From Vicugna vicugna (lineage: Eukaryota), in the NCBI GenBank assembly GCA_013265495.1, contig MU061579.1:2663319-2727318 (forward strand): a DNA stretch of 64,000 nt. Reading direction: 5' to 3'. Numbering within the stretch: the first letter of the stretch is position 1; each line of letters starts with the position of its first letter. The notes under the pieces are model-generated. The model had not been told where the DNA came from. It saw nothing but the letters and a program-made list of their open reading frames with translations, and ran no database searches. Of this stretch, positions 38,835 to 51,450 are shown piece after piece. The translations under genes and the position numbers were made by a program.

Positions 38835-40188
38835 GTAAGGCCGCTTGGGCCATGTGGAAACCAGCTCCTAGAGGATTCTGTGAACTTTATGGCCACATCA
38901 ACAGTTTGTACATATTTAAGGGGAAAAAAGTCCAAAGATTTCATGCCCATAGCTTTAGAGAAAAACAGCATCACTCTACATCTCTTGCTCAAGTTAAATA
39001 TCGAACATATTTGCATAGACAGTCATTTTCTCTCCTCCTTCTATTCTTTCATTCTCATAGCTCTTGATTCCAAAGAATTGTATTTTCAACAAATAGAGAA
39101 GTATTTATAAGGTTTGACTCACAAAATTGTTACTCTGCCCTTAATTTTTCTCCTGCCACACAGGAAAAATAATTTAACGTAGTATTTCATGAGTTTTTCT
39201 ACCAAGACTTTGTTTCTCTTCTGTTTGAACTACAGCTACATATCGTTGCTTTTATACCAGAGCATCGCGTGGTTTTAAGACTGTTCTGGAATCACAGATT
39301 TCCCTCACTTTGTCACGTGTGATGTTAAACGCTAACACGAATTAGTGAAGTAGCAAAAGTAGACACAGACATAACTGATTCCTTAGTCCACAGGTCTCAA
39401 ATACATAGTTTTAAAACATTTAGTTAAAAACAAAGATACAGTTATCAGATAAGGTCTCATCTATCAATCCATATTTAACTCTTTCACTTCTCTTTATTGA
39501 CTAGCTTTTCCTTGCATTTCATTTACATGGTTTGAAGTTGGAGTATCAGTCCCAGCAGTTGTATTTGCCTCATAAAGAAGACAGAGATGTTTTTCTATGT
39601 CAGTAGGCTTGTCCTAATTTAACAAACTGTCACTGAGAATTTGACAAAAAGAGTTCTTATTCCTCACGAAAATTTTGGATTCATATTGAATAAATCCATT
39701 GACTTAACGTTCCAGCTGGCGTGGAATTACTATTTTTAATTTGATCAGAAATCCAGTGGAGACATTTCCAAAGTAGATGTACCCAAATTTAGTGTAAAAT
39801 TGCTCCAAATCAACTCTTTAGAATAAGCTATTCAGTTGCAATGATTTAACATTTATAATAAGACAATATTATAATTAGTGTCTTCCAATAATCTTAAACT
39901 TTAAAAAAAATAACTGGCCTGTGGAAAACAATATCTGAAAGAACTCATACTTAAGTCTATTTTAAAAGCAGGCTGTAAGATTAGATCACAAAATGGCAAT
40001 CACTTAATCTCTTTCCCCCCATAGTGTCCCTTTCACTAAATGGCTCAAGCAAATTCTACAGAGCAGTAGAATTTGAGGAGTTTGAATTAAAAAAGCATTG
40101 AGCTAAATAATAGTGGGGATTTGGGGGAAAAATAATTATTTTATTAATTAATATGTAATAAATAGGTTATTAATTTTAATGTTGCTTA

Positions 40189-40477
40189 TTTAAATTTATG
40201 AGCAGTTTAAGAAAAATTTTACACTATGGGGTATTAACAGCACTTGGTAAAATATTGTAATCATAATAAAATTAATAGTAATTTCTAGTTTTTAAAAAAT
40301 AGATTTCCAGGATTTATAAACTATTTTTCTAAACTTTACTTCATTTAATTCCCACAAGAATTGGGTAACATGTTGCAAAACTGGAAATGTATTTAAGTGA
40401 TTAGACCATGTGTCTAATGTCTCATTAGAAATGAGTTAGAAAAACAACTTAATTTTTAATTTTTTATGTTTATTTTC
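40189..40477 (-). repeat. long inverted repeat, right arm
   Basis: reverse complement of 38327-38619; perfect core at 40344-40386. Confidence 0.97.
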
Positions 40478-40669
40478 CTTTAAACAGCTATTTATTGATT
40501 ACCTGTCATTTGCCAAACCATTTTCCTGAGTTCTGAGAGGTAGAAAAATCAATTAGGACATGAGTTTGCCCTCAATGAGCTCACAACTTCATAGGAGAGA
40601 CTGATTTTTTCCAACTATAACACAATTGAGAATAGGATATATGCTGTAATAATGTTATATGCAAAGAAA

Positions 40670-40861
40670 AGTGTGCTGGAAACCAACTCTTGGGGGGCAA
40701 AGGGCAGAGGGAGAGCCCTGATTTGCCAGTTTTTATGGTGTAAATATTTCTATCATGGCTGACTAAAACTCCTAGTAGTTTACAAATTGGCTTGAAAAAT
40801 TCTTGAATATTTAATAATCAGCTCTCACAAGGGGGTATAAGCTCACTTCAATTCACCACTG
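40670..40861. mobile_element. MER63-type hAT-Blackjack MITE
   Basis: agtgtgctggaaaccaactct...gccctgatttgccag...ggtgtaaatatttctatcatggctga...caccactg. Confidence 0.7.
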
Positions 40862-41070
40862 AAAGTATGACAGAAGCATAAAGGAGGCAGCAATGAATAC
40901 TGCCTAGAATGAGATTCAGAAAGGATTCAGATCAGAGTGAATTTGAGCTAAACCTTGAGGATGAGCAAGATTGTAGGGCAGAGAACAGGGAAGAAGAATG
41001 GTCCATGAAGAGGGAATGTTAGCTACAAATTAAAGAATGCCGAGAATTCAAGGTGTGTATTGACTTGTGC

Positions 41071-41560
41071 TGTTACCAAGTCCAAGCTCATACTGCTTGC
41101 CGCATGACAGGCCAATAAACTGAGAGACGAGTTGTTGGGGCAAGGAGTATCAACTGCATTCAGAAAGCCTGCAGGTTGAGAAGATGGTGGAATGATGTCC
41201 CAAAGGACCATCTTGCCTTAGTTAGATTTCAGGTCTCCTTAAACTAAAAGGGGAAGGAGTGAAGTCAAACATTTCCTGGTTCTGATCAGCCTCTGGAAGG
41301 GATGTGTTAATTTCTTTCTTCCTGTAGTCATTCTCAGGTGGGCTGGGGTCAGATGTTTCCTGTGAGCTAAACAAGAGTATTTTAGCTTAATGCTCATTCC
41401 CTGGGAGGCAGAGTTCCCAGAGATGGGCCATTATGTATAACTTAAGCTTATAGGCCACACCCCTTTAGTGATTAACTTGTAGCAAAAGCAATAGAACACA
41501 AAGGCCTAAAGTAAAAGAAACAGATCCAGTATGAAGTCAGATTTGTTCTTCCCTATTATA
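41071..41560 (-). mobile_element. ERV1-class solo LTR
   Basis: tgttaccaagtccaagctcatactgcttgccgc...gccaataaactgagagacgag (antisense LTR 3' end) through cagatttgttcttccctattata; TSD not preserved. Confidence 0.8.
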
Positions 41561-42024
41561 CCATGAGCAGAGCTGAGGTTTGGGGCTCTGGAAGCTGAGT
41601 GTTAGACTGGACTCAGATTGGTAAGACCCTTGAATGTTGCACAAGGAGTTGTGATTTCTTTATGTGGAAATTGGGAATCTCTGGAGGGGCTCACAAAACA
41701 ATTGTAAATATTTGACAAAAGACCACAAGGAATAAAATACATGATGTGAGATTTAGATGGAGAATGCAATCATTTCTCTAAAAAGGCACATTCCAGTGGG
41801 GAGTTAGGCAATGAATCCAACATTTTATCAATTGGAAATGTTTTTAAAAATAATTTTTCTTGTAATAAAATATTTTAGACAGAATCACCTAGGGAATATC
41901 TCAGTGGGTTTTCTATTACAACAGTTATCCACGTAGGTGACATTTACTACTTCAAATTGTATCGATTTCTAAATAATAAACAGATGTTAAGTTAAATATC
42001 TCCATTAACTTGGTGAAGTCAGTC

Positions 42025-42562
42025 TGAAGGAGGAATAGTAAAATGGCTGCACTTAGGCTAACAGATTCCTTCCTTTATGCTTGCCCTTGGAAAGGTCAAC
42101 AAACCTGATTCCTACTCACAGCTCCACGCCCCTTGTTAAAACTAAAGCTATTGATCTTACTGTTTCTACTTTATTCCAGTAATCAAAAGCTATAATCATG
42201 CTTGGTCTCTGAGTGGATCTCCAGGGAGAAGGTCACAGAACTGTAACCTTACAAAACAGGCTAAATACCAAGACCACACCTTACAAGAGAAAGAGATGGA
42301 AAAAGTGACAACTGCTAGTTTCTATAGAATTGATCACCTGGAGGCATCATGACGCAACTCAAAGTCTTACGAATCTGTTGATTGTTTATTGTTGGAGCTG
42401 CATAACCACCTGACCCCATCCCCAAGGTGGGTTCACAGTTGAAGGCACTAGACTGCTGTGGGTCCCCTTTGCCTGGCAAAGTAATAAATCTGTCTCTTCT
42501 AAGCTCCAAGACCCTGTCTCTAAATTATTTGGTTCCTCAGGGATTGGGCCAATCTTCAGATA
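42025..42562 (+). mobile_element. ERV1-class solo LTR
   Basis: starts tgaagg, has aataaa at 42483-42488 after gggtcccctttgcctggcaaag, ends cagata; 4-bp TSD AGTC at 42021-42024 and 42563-42566. Confidence 0.8.
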
Positions 42563-43749
42563 AGTCTGCTTTGCTTGATCTTCTCTCTTTATATTACATT
42601 AAAAAAAAAAAAAGCATGTGGGGCAAAGATTACCAGTATCTGAATCTGATGCATTAGTCCTTCCTGAGGCAAAGCTTTAAAGAGGGAGAGGAAATATTAA
42701 AATCTGGAGTCAAGTGAATTTTTTGGCTGGTTTCATGTTTAAACATACATTAAAAGTTTCAAACTTAGTGAATTTATATATATTTTTCCATCTGGAAAAC
42801 GAACAAACTTGTAACTCATTATAACAAAACAATTTGCATTTTAATAACAATTTCATTGGTCAATTTTTTTTTCTTATTATATTAAACTGTTGATGGGAAA
42901 TAAATACAGACTACCCTGAAGGCTTATAAATAAAACTTCAATGTAAGAAAATATTATATTCTTGACAAAGTTTAAATTGTTATTAAAGAGTTTATAATGC
43001 AGGGTCAGGAATTCTGAATTTTGTCCCCTGGGCAAATAATCTTTTCTCTGGTTGAGTGTTTCGTGGACTCTCAGTAACAATATCACACCTGGTTTTATCT
43101 AAACAAAATTCTGTGAAGTTGATTTTTTTCAATGGAATCAAGCTCCACAAGAAAAGGTATAATTAGAATCAAACAAAGGCCATTTGACTGTTAAGGGTTA
43201 TTTCCCTTTCAGTGCTATGGTCTCTCCAGATACTGTCTATTTTCCCAATGACCCAACTTATCTCCCTCCTAGTCCTGCTGGTTGGTTAACCTAAGACTTA
43301 CAATCCACTTCTGAAGTCTACTTCCAACATTTTTGGAGCATTTTCATCTTCCATCTTTTATTTATGCTTTTGTCTTGTCCATTTGAAACTAGTTTGGAGT
43401 TTAATTGCCATAATTGCAAGGACAGCAATGTTGCTAAAATTGCTTTAGGGTAAATGCAGTTATGGAATTACATGTACATTTCCCATAGAAGCAACAGTAA
43501 CAGCTCACTTATTAAGTTAGACTTTAGTTCCTTTAAATTCCAAAAATCACAAATGCATTTTAAGCTTACTGAAACTTATAAAATGAGTGACTGGTAGGTT
43601 CTACAAGCCAATATGATAATGTCTCAAATCAATGTATCTTAGGCAGAGTTTGTAGTCATAACATTTCCTTAGCAAATTATTGATGAAATGTTTTCAGTGT
43701 TGCCAAAATCTGAAATAAATTTAAAGACTTAATTATAAGATGATATACA

Positions 43750-44170
43750 CAATTATCCATTTTGCCAATCTCTGCCTTTTAAATGTTTAGTCCATTTATA
43801 TTACTGATAAATTATAATTTATGTCCTCCATTTTTCTGTTTGTTTTCTTATGTATCTTATATCCCATTGTTCTTCTGTTTCTTCATTATCAGCATTTTTA
43901 TGTCAGAGTGATTCTTTCCAGTGTACAATTTTAAAAGCCTCACAGGTTCTCTTCTATTATTTTTTTAAAAATTCTGTTTCTAGTAGTAGTCCTGGAGATT
44001 ACAATTGACATCTTAATTTATACAGATTAGTTCAGATTAATATTGTTTTGCCTCAATATAGTTTCATTCCCTTACACCACCTTTGTGCTATTATTGTTAC
44101 ATAAGTCACTTATATGTCATATGCCCATTAACAAAATTTTATAATTATTGTTTTATGCAAATATTTTAAA
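43750..44170 (-). mobile_element. old L1M fragment
   Basis: atccattttgccaatctctgccttttaaatgtttagtccatttatatt...gtgctattattgttacata antisense L1 inter-ORF/ORF2 start region. Confidence 0.7.
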
Positions 44171-44534
44171 TTTTTGTCTTGGACAGTAAACTTTAAGATT
44201 GGATGGTATCAAAATAATTAGAAATACTATTCTAGAATGGGGTTGCTGTTTTAGATGAGAGACAGAGACAGAGAGAGATACTGTGGCTATCCCAGGCCTG
44301 TGTGTCTATTCTTTGGATTGAATTAAAAATGGAAAGACTTTATTCAAAAAACTTATATAGGGCTTTTTAATCACTCTCTTCATATTAGCTCACCCATGCT
44401 TGTATTTTCCATTTAGTTGCTGTTGTCACGATTTGAGTCCTACTAATATCTGTATCACTGTCGTTGAATGACTTATGATGCAGTTAATACAAAAATCTTT
44501 TAATACATAGATTAGGAAACAATGGGAATGGTAA

Positions 44535-44710
44535 AAAAATCTTGACTTATGCATTAAGAGGAAAATTGTGGGGCTTCCTCCATCCCTACTACAGTGTGTA
44601 GTGGGTATATCATTTAATGTTTCTTGGCGTCAGCTTTCTCAGTTATTAATGGTAAAGACCAGAGATTGGACTAGAAGGTGGTTTGAGTTTGAGTTCTAAA
44701 TTTCTGTAAT
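44535..44710 (+). mobile_element. diverged MIR/MIR3
   Basis: catttaatgtttcttggcgtcagctttctcagttattaatgg...gattggactagaagg...ttctaaatttctg. Confidence 0.5.
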
Positions 44711-45599
44711 TAAAGATATATGTTTTCTTTTCTCTAGAAGCCCTTTTCTTAGCTTTTAGCAGAAATGAGAAAAAAAAATCTTTCCCAAATTGTCAAAACT
44801 ATACTTTTAGGAGGAAACATAATTTCCTTTTCTCATATTTTTATTATACTTATCTTACAGTATCCCATATTTATTTTATTTATGACTGTATGATGGCATC
44901 CGCTGTGGCTGAGAAGTACACCAAACCTCATGTATAGTGTGGTCATGCATTTTTAATCAAAGCATCTAGGTATGTCCCCAGTAATCTGTAAATATATTTT
45001 CTATGCTTTATTTTAATTATAATCAATTTAGAATTGATTGTGGTCCCTTTTTCTCTCAAAAGTGGCTTTGGAATGCACTGGGTAAAGGAGATATTTTCCT
45101 AAATATGGTCATATTTTTATCAAATGAATATATCACTTAGACCTCTGCAAACCCCCAAATGTTTATATGTTCTGCTTTTAGTGTCTCCTGATAATGTTGA
45201 GGTTGAGATGAACTGTAAAATCTGATGTTATTTCCAGGAAGGTCACCTTTAAAGAAGAATGTTCTTTGAGTATGTCTTTTTCATGTGTTATGTATTTGCT
45301 TGTTTCTTTTTTCATACTCAATTTTACTTACAAGTTTATTTTAGAAAAAGTATTCTTCATTTAGTTTAGTTTTTTTCCTCTTTTTTTGTTCTTTAAATTT
45401 TAAAAACGGAGAGATTGAGCAAGTTTAATATAGAAGTGTTATAAATTGTTGCTCTCCCTGAATTTCAGACCTGTAAAATGAGGAAAAGTGAGGAGCAAGG
45501 ACTACATTCTGTATAAAATCATATACATCTCTAAAGGGCTTTGCTAACATTATAAAGGTTGAGAATAAGAGCCACAGAAAATTCTTCTATCAATTTAAA

Positions 45600-45778
45600 A
45601 TAATGTACCAGATACCATTGTAAAGTGCTTTGCATATATGAATCCAGAAAACAACCCTATGATTTTTAAAATTTTCATAACAACCCAGTAAGGTAGATAA
45701 AATTATTATACTCATTTTATAAATGAGAAAACAGGGGCACACGGAGGTTAAATACTTTGCCTAAGATTACACAGTGGA
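45600..45778 (-). mobile_element. MIR SINE
   Basis: cataacaacccagtaaggtagat...cattttataaatgagaaaacaggggcacacggaggttaaatactttgcctaagattacacag. Confidence 0.85.
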
Positions 45779-45884
45779 CTCATACTTACTGTGGAAGCAC
45801 ATAAACTATAACAATGGCAGAAACTAGGCAAGGAGACAAAATAGAGGCCATTGTCCTTCGTTGACTTGCATTGCTATGTTTCTT

Positions 45885-46038
45885 TCTTTTTTTTAATTTT
45901 CTTATTTTTGAGGTATAATTAACATATAACATTATATTGGTTTTAAGTGTACAACATAATGATTCAATATTTATATACAGTGTGAAATGATCCCCTCAGT
46001 AAGTCAGGTTACCATCCATCACCATGCATAGTTAACTT
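45885..46038 (-). mobile_element. L1 3' terminus (L1MA9-like)
   Basis: T-rich tail then tgaggtataattaacatataacattatattggttttaagtgtacaacataatgattcaatattt. Confidence 0.85.
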
Positions 46039-46852
46039 TCAGGATTGTTTCTTTCTTGCTGCTTTGGTTCTTCAGGAAAATTAACTCCCCATCCTATTTG
46101 AGTATAAAATCAGGCTGATCTCCACGCTCTGGCTTCAGTACCAGGATCTTGTCCCTGCCTTCCATCTTAGCTGATGTTTTAAAGCAAATATGTAAAGTGA
46201 AAAAGTCTGACTCTGCACTCCCATCCATTTTCAACATTTTTACTAAATTGCCAATTCTCCATTCATTTGGGTATCACTGGAGGCACAAGTAAACTTACAG
46301 TATTTTGATGTATTCCACAAATTTTCACATGACTGAGTTCATTTGGTACAAAAAATTCTCCCTTATTTTCCTTCTACTAGTTCCATACAGTGTCCCATTT
46401 CTTCCTCTACATGTAGTACTTGCTGCCGATTTTAGGCAAATATCTACATATGGTTTCTATTGGCTGAGAAAAAGAAAAGTGTGAAAATGCTTCAGGCAAA
46501 TTAATTTGATAGGACAGGCAGACCAATTATCAGGGCATAATAATATATACACATACACTTTTTTTTTTCCCAGTGGGGAAAACCAAGGTAGCAAGTTGCA
46601 AGATAACTGGTCCTCAGGAAATCTTTGTCTATCAAAGTAAATGATGGAAGACAAAACCATTGATGTCTTTATCGTTTAGTTGTTCCATGAAATAAAATCT
46701 GTAAACTGTTTATTAACATTTTCTTTTGTTGGTTAGTTTACACACGTACTTTTTGAAGTAAGGTAGTTTCCTAACTTCATTTAAAGATAGTAAATCAGAC
46801 ACAACTAAACCACAGTATCCCATTTTTTAAGAAGATCTAGAACACACTTCAA

Positions 46853-46902
46853 TACACACACACTACACACACACACACACACACACATACATATATATAC
46901 AC
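46853..46902. repeat. (CA)n/(TA)n microsatellite
   Basis: acacacacactacacacacacacacacacacacatacatatatatac. Confidence 0.92.
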
Positions 46903-47049
46903 ATTTTTCGTTATGACTCCTAGGTCACTCCAAAACCTTTCACTCTTTCTGAAATTGCATTGCAATTTGAGCCATGAGATGGACGTTTGGTGGCTCTATT
47001 GTGAATGTTGTAACTATCCAATATCATTTGTACATTTTTAGCCACTAAT

Positions 47050-48335
47050 TAATTAGAAACATGCATTGAGTATACATTTTATGTCAGGCATTATCCTGGA
47101 ACTCTATGATAAAAAAAATCAGTCGAAGTCCCATCTTCATGGATCTTACATGAGGAAAACAAAGCAATTTTTTGGATAGATAAAATTTCAAATTAATTTA
47201 AGATTTCAACTGTGATTAGTGCACTAAGGAAGACAGAAATCCAGTGCTATTAGAATCTACAAAATTCAACCTAGCCAGAGGTATCTGAGGAATCTGAAAG
47301 GGGATGGAAGGTAGGAGAGTGAAGGCAATAGTATGATCAAAGAGCCTACTTGAGAAGAGGAAAAATAAGCAGAGATTTGAATAAGAGTGGAGGAGAGCTG
47401 TGTGATTATCTGGGAACAGAGTATTTCTGATGGAAGAAGAAACAATCCCTTTGAAGCATCCTGGGTACTCGGCAGGACTGAGAAATAGAAGGAGGTCAGC
47501 GTGCGTGACAGAGAAGAGCATTGTGACAAAGACTCTCTCACTGATCAAACTCTAGCCGGATTCCTCTGAGCCATCTTCTCTACAGTCCTTAACCGTGACC
47601 TATAAAGACTGGAACAAATACCGATGTAGTTTCTGACAGCTCAAAGCTGCACCCCTAGGATGACCCTAGTCTCCCTGAGAAAACTCAAGGCTGCCAGAAG
47701 CATTTCCTGTTTGTCCTAGCCAACAGCTGATGACAGGTGGCAGAGTGGGAGCCTGACTTTGATAAGTGCCAGTGAGCAAACCCAGGTGGGTTTCATATGC
47801 ACTCCCTTTCTCACTTTTGGTAATTTTTAACTTCCCTGATTCTACTGAAGTGTCACCATTGTCCCTCCCTACTCCCTCGTTCTCCCCTTAAAATGCTCAG
47901 TCACCTCTGCACACATCTGAGTGGGACTCACTCAGCTCTTTGTCTATTGTCAGTAGCTAACTGAATCAATCCGTTTTTACCACTTTAAAGATAAACTAAT
48001 GTTTATTTTTGCTAGCAAGACGACATAAGTCAGAGACGGTAGATGGGAGCCTGGTCACTCTGAGCCTTGTAATTAATGATAAAAACTCAGGATTTTATTG
48101 GAGTTAGGTGGGAATCTATGAGAGGATTTGAGCTGAGAAGAGGAATAATAAGACATTTTCAAAGAAACACCTGCAGAGGGGCAAGGGAAAAGTGGGGAGG
48201 CCAGGTAGGAAGCTGTTTCAGTAGTCCCAGCAAGAGATGCTGGGCTGGTCTAAGTCAGTGGTGGTGAAAATGTGAAATGAAACAATTTGGATATATTTGA
48301 AGACAGTGCTGAGTGGATGTGCTAATGCACCATGG
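47050..48335 (-). mobile_element. L2 (L2a-like) interrupted by an LTR
   Basis: cattgagtatacattttatgtcaggcattatcctgg...gtgattatctgggaacagagtatttctgatggaag; resumes ~48018 (ggatttgagctgagaagaggaataataagac...ggaggccaggtaggaagctg). Confidence 0.8.
47524..48017 (+). mobile_element. ERV1 solo LTR (MER31/MER67-like)
   Basis: tgacaaagactctctcactgatcaaactctagccggattcctctgagcc resembles the MER31 start; ccccttaaaatgctcagtcacctctgcac TATA region. Confidence 0.8.
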
Positions 48336-49299
48336 GAGTTAGATTTTTAATATGTAAGGATTATTTACATACATAAGGAAAAGTAAAATATGACTTTACA
48401 TTCTGTTCAAATATCTGTGTCAAATTTATAAATGATAGTGTTGTCTTTCCAAAACAACTATTCCGCGGAAGAAAAGATATCATTAACTAATTAGCAAAAT
48501 CAAATATATGGTATACATTTCCCACTTGAATTTTTCCAGATCATTCAAAAGTGGTTAGTGATGAAGATAGACAAGTTCAGTGGACTAATTAGCAGATGAA
48601 GAAAGGACAATATCATTGAGGGTCTCTTATTATAAGACGTCCTATTCTGTTCCCAAAGAAACACTTGCCATTTTCTCCCAGACACTAACAAAAATATAAA
48701 GAGACAATTTGTTTCCAGAAAATACCTTTATATGAAAACAAATTCAACAAGCCAGTTGTATTATCAACTGGGATTTAAGTTTCTAGTTCGGAAGTTACAG
48801 CTATAGAAAGTAGACCAAATAAGTAGGGTGTCTGGGACTTTTTTAAAAGACAATTTATACCAAAAAACTTTACTTTAATTATTTGTAGTAAGTGTCATAA
48901 GCTTCATCCTAAATTTTATTAAGTATCACATGCTTATGATCCTTTTCCAGGCACTCTGAAAAATTATGCATTTTCTTTCATCTGTCCACCCATTCGGTAC
49001 TATCCAATGACCATGAAGATTTGCTTAATGTATTTTTCATCTTTGCAGTGGAAAAGGCATATATCTGAAACTTAAATAAGAAGTGATTTGAAATAGCATG
49101 CTCTATTTATATTTGAATAATTGAAAAACTATTATTTTTATAATGAAAAATACAGAAGGGAAATGTCAAAAATGTGTTTTAAATGCTTAATTGAAAGTCT
49201 AGGAATTCATACTAAGAAAGAAGATTCTTCGAGGAAGTTAAAGTGCAGGAATGTGTGATTTTTATGCTTATCCAAAAAGCAGAGATTGTTAAGGATTTG

Positions 49300-49520
49300 A
49301 TTTACTTCACAGATAGACCTGAGTTGGGATCCTGCTTCTGTCATTTATAAGTTGGTCACATTAAGCGTGACATGTAATTTCTCTGAACCTTGGTTTTCTC
49401 AGCTCTGAAATGGGGTTAATGATTTAATTGCATGAGATTCTTGTAAGAATTTAATGTGATAACACAATAGAGTGCTTTCCAAATTTCACTGAAATGGTAT
49501 AACTCAGCAAATGTAAATAT
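49300..49520 (+). mobile_element. MIR SINE
   Basis: agacctgagttgggatcctgcttctgtcattta...ctctgaaccttggttttctcagctctgaaatgggg...gtaagaatttaatgtgataac. Confidence 0.85.
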
Positions 49521-49964
49521 GCAAATTTTTTGACTTAAGGCAGTTCACTGTCTAGTATGTTTAACAAGAAAATAATAGATTAGTTTTTCTAATAGATGCA
49601 TTACTGCAGCTAATCTGATTTTTGCTTACTTTAAAATCAGCCCTCCATCGCCTTTTCACGATAGCTATAAAACTCAGTAAAAACATCAAGAAAAAGTTAG
49701 AAGCTACAAATTAATGTATACATGTACCCAAAGTTTATTCTTCTATTGAGCTTCAGGCCCTGGGCTTGTTGCTAGAGAGACAATATATAGAGATAAAATA
49801 TACTTTCTCCATAACTATCAAGAATAGTTTTGGAAGAACATTTGTGGCAGCACAGCATTATTTCTTTGTATGACTTGTGCCCTTCTATATGTTTCTTTAA
49901 AATGCTGTCCAGGGGCGGTGGGGAAGATTAACAGTATTTTGAAGGGCTTATTGGTATTCATAAA

Positions 49965-51182
49965 CCACATTATCAGGTTTTTTCCTGTTGTTGAATTCTA
50001 AGGGTTCTTTGTATATTTTGGATAACAGTCCTCTATCATATGTGTCTTCTGTAAATATTTTTTCCAGTCTGTGACTTATTGCCTCCTTTTTTGACATTAT
50101 CTTACACAGAACAGAAGTTGTTTTTTGGGTTTTTTAGTTTGTTTGTTTTTTGAACGAAGTCCAGCTCATCAGTTGTTACTCTCACAGACTATGCCATTGG
50201 TGTTATTCCCAAAATTCATCACCAGACCAAGTTAATGTAGATTTTATCCTATGTTATATTCTAGAAGTCTTATTATTTTGAAATATACATTTAGGACTAT
50301 GATCTACTTGAATTAATTTTTGTGAAGGATATAAGGTCTGTGTCTAGATTGGTGTTTTTTTGCATGTGGATGTCCAGTTATTCCAGCACCATGTATTGAA
50401 GAGATTATCTTTAGTCCATTATGTTATCTTTACTCCTTTGTCAAAGATCAGTTGATAATTTGTATGGATCTATTTCTGGGCTCTCTGTTCTTTTCTCCTA
50501 ATCTCTTTTACTCGTATCGCCTTGTCTTGATTATTGTAGTTTTAAAGTAATTCTCAAAGTTAGGTAGCATCAGTCCTCCAATTTTGTTTTCCTTCAATAC
50601 TGTGTTGATTACTCTGCATCTTTTACCTCTCCATATAAATTTTGAATAAGCTTGTCAGTATCCACAAAATAATTTGCTGGGATTCTGTTTGTAATTGCAC
50701 TGAATCTATGAAATTTGGAAGAATGGACATCTTGACAATATTGAGTCTTCCTCTCCTTAAACATGGAATATTTCTCCATTGATTTAGTTCTTTTTTGATT
50801 TTGTTCACTGGTTTTATATTTTTCCTCATAAAGATCTTGTACATATTTTGTTTGATTTATATCTAAGTATTTCAATTTTTGGGTCACTAATGTAATGGCA
50901 TTGTGTTTTTATCTTCAAATCTATTTGTTTATTGTTGACATATAGGAGAGTGAGTGAGTTTGATATATTAAACTTGGGTCTTGCATGCTTGCTATAATTG
51001 TTTACTAGCTCTAGGAGTTTTTTGGTTGATTTTTTTGGGTTTTCTTTATAGACAATCCGTTATCTGTGAACAGAGACAGCTTTATGTCTTCTTTCTTAAT
51101 TTATATACTCTATTTTCTTTTGTCTTAGTGCATTAGCCCAAACTTCCAGTGCTATGTTGATCAAGAGTGGTGAGAGGGGAGT
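49965..51182 (-). mobile_element. L1M ORF2 fragment
   Basis: minus ORFs give degenerate ORF2 peptides (KYLDINQTKYVQDLYEEKYKT; ELNQWRNIPCLRRGRLNIVKMSILP). Confidence 0.92.
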
Positions 51183-51312
51183 GACAATAGCTTTTTCATT
51201 ATGAAATTCAGTGTACTGGGTGCCATCTGTGATATTCATCTCGAGTCTCTAGTAGTTCATGACCTATGATTTAGTAAACACTGGCATGGGGGAGGGATCT
51301 GCAGTTAAATAG

Positions 51313-51450
51313 TGCTACGGCCTAGGTGTTTTTGTCAACGCAAAATTCATATGATGAAATCCTAACTCTCAAGGTGATTGTACTAGGAGGTGGGGCCTTT
51401 GAGAGGTGGTTGGGCTTAATACCCTTTAGAAAGAGGCTCAGAGGGCAGAT
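51313..51450 (+). mobile_element. MaLR LTR fragment (MLT1A-like)
   Basis: tgctacggcctaggtgtt...caaaattcatatgatgaaatcctaactctcaaggtgattgtactaggaggtggggcctttgagagg. Confidence 0.85.

Larger units (their letters stand above)
40485..41690 (-). mobile_element. L2 3' region interrupted by MER63 and an LTR
   Basis: tatttattgattacctgtcatttgccaaacc...gccctcaatgagctcacaac; resumes ~40862 (tttgagctaaaccttgaggatgag) and ~41565 (ccttgaatgttgcacaaggagttg). Confidence 0.7.

Noticed and set aside
38327..40477. Inverted repeat as TIRs of an autonomous DNA transposon
   Set aside because: No TSD at the outer ends, no transposase-like frame in the spacer, and the termini match no superfamily signature I know.
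50609..50887. ORFs with L1 ORF2-like peptides (also 56608-56832, 62080-62307)
   Set aside because: Frameshifted remnants of L1 ORF2, not functional CDS.
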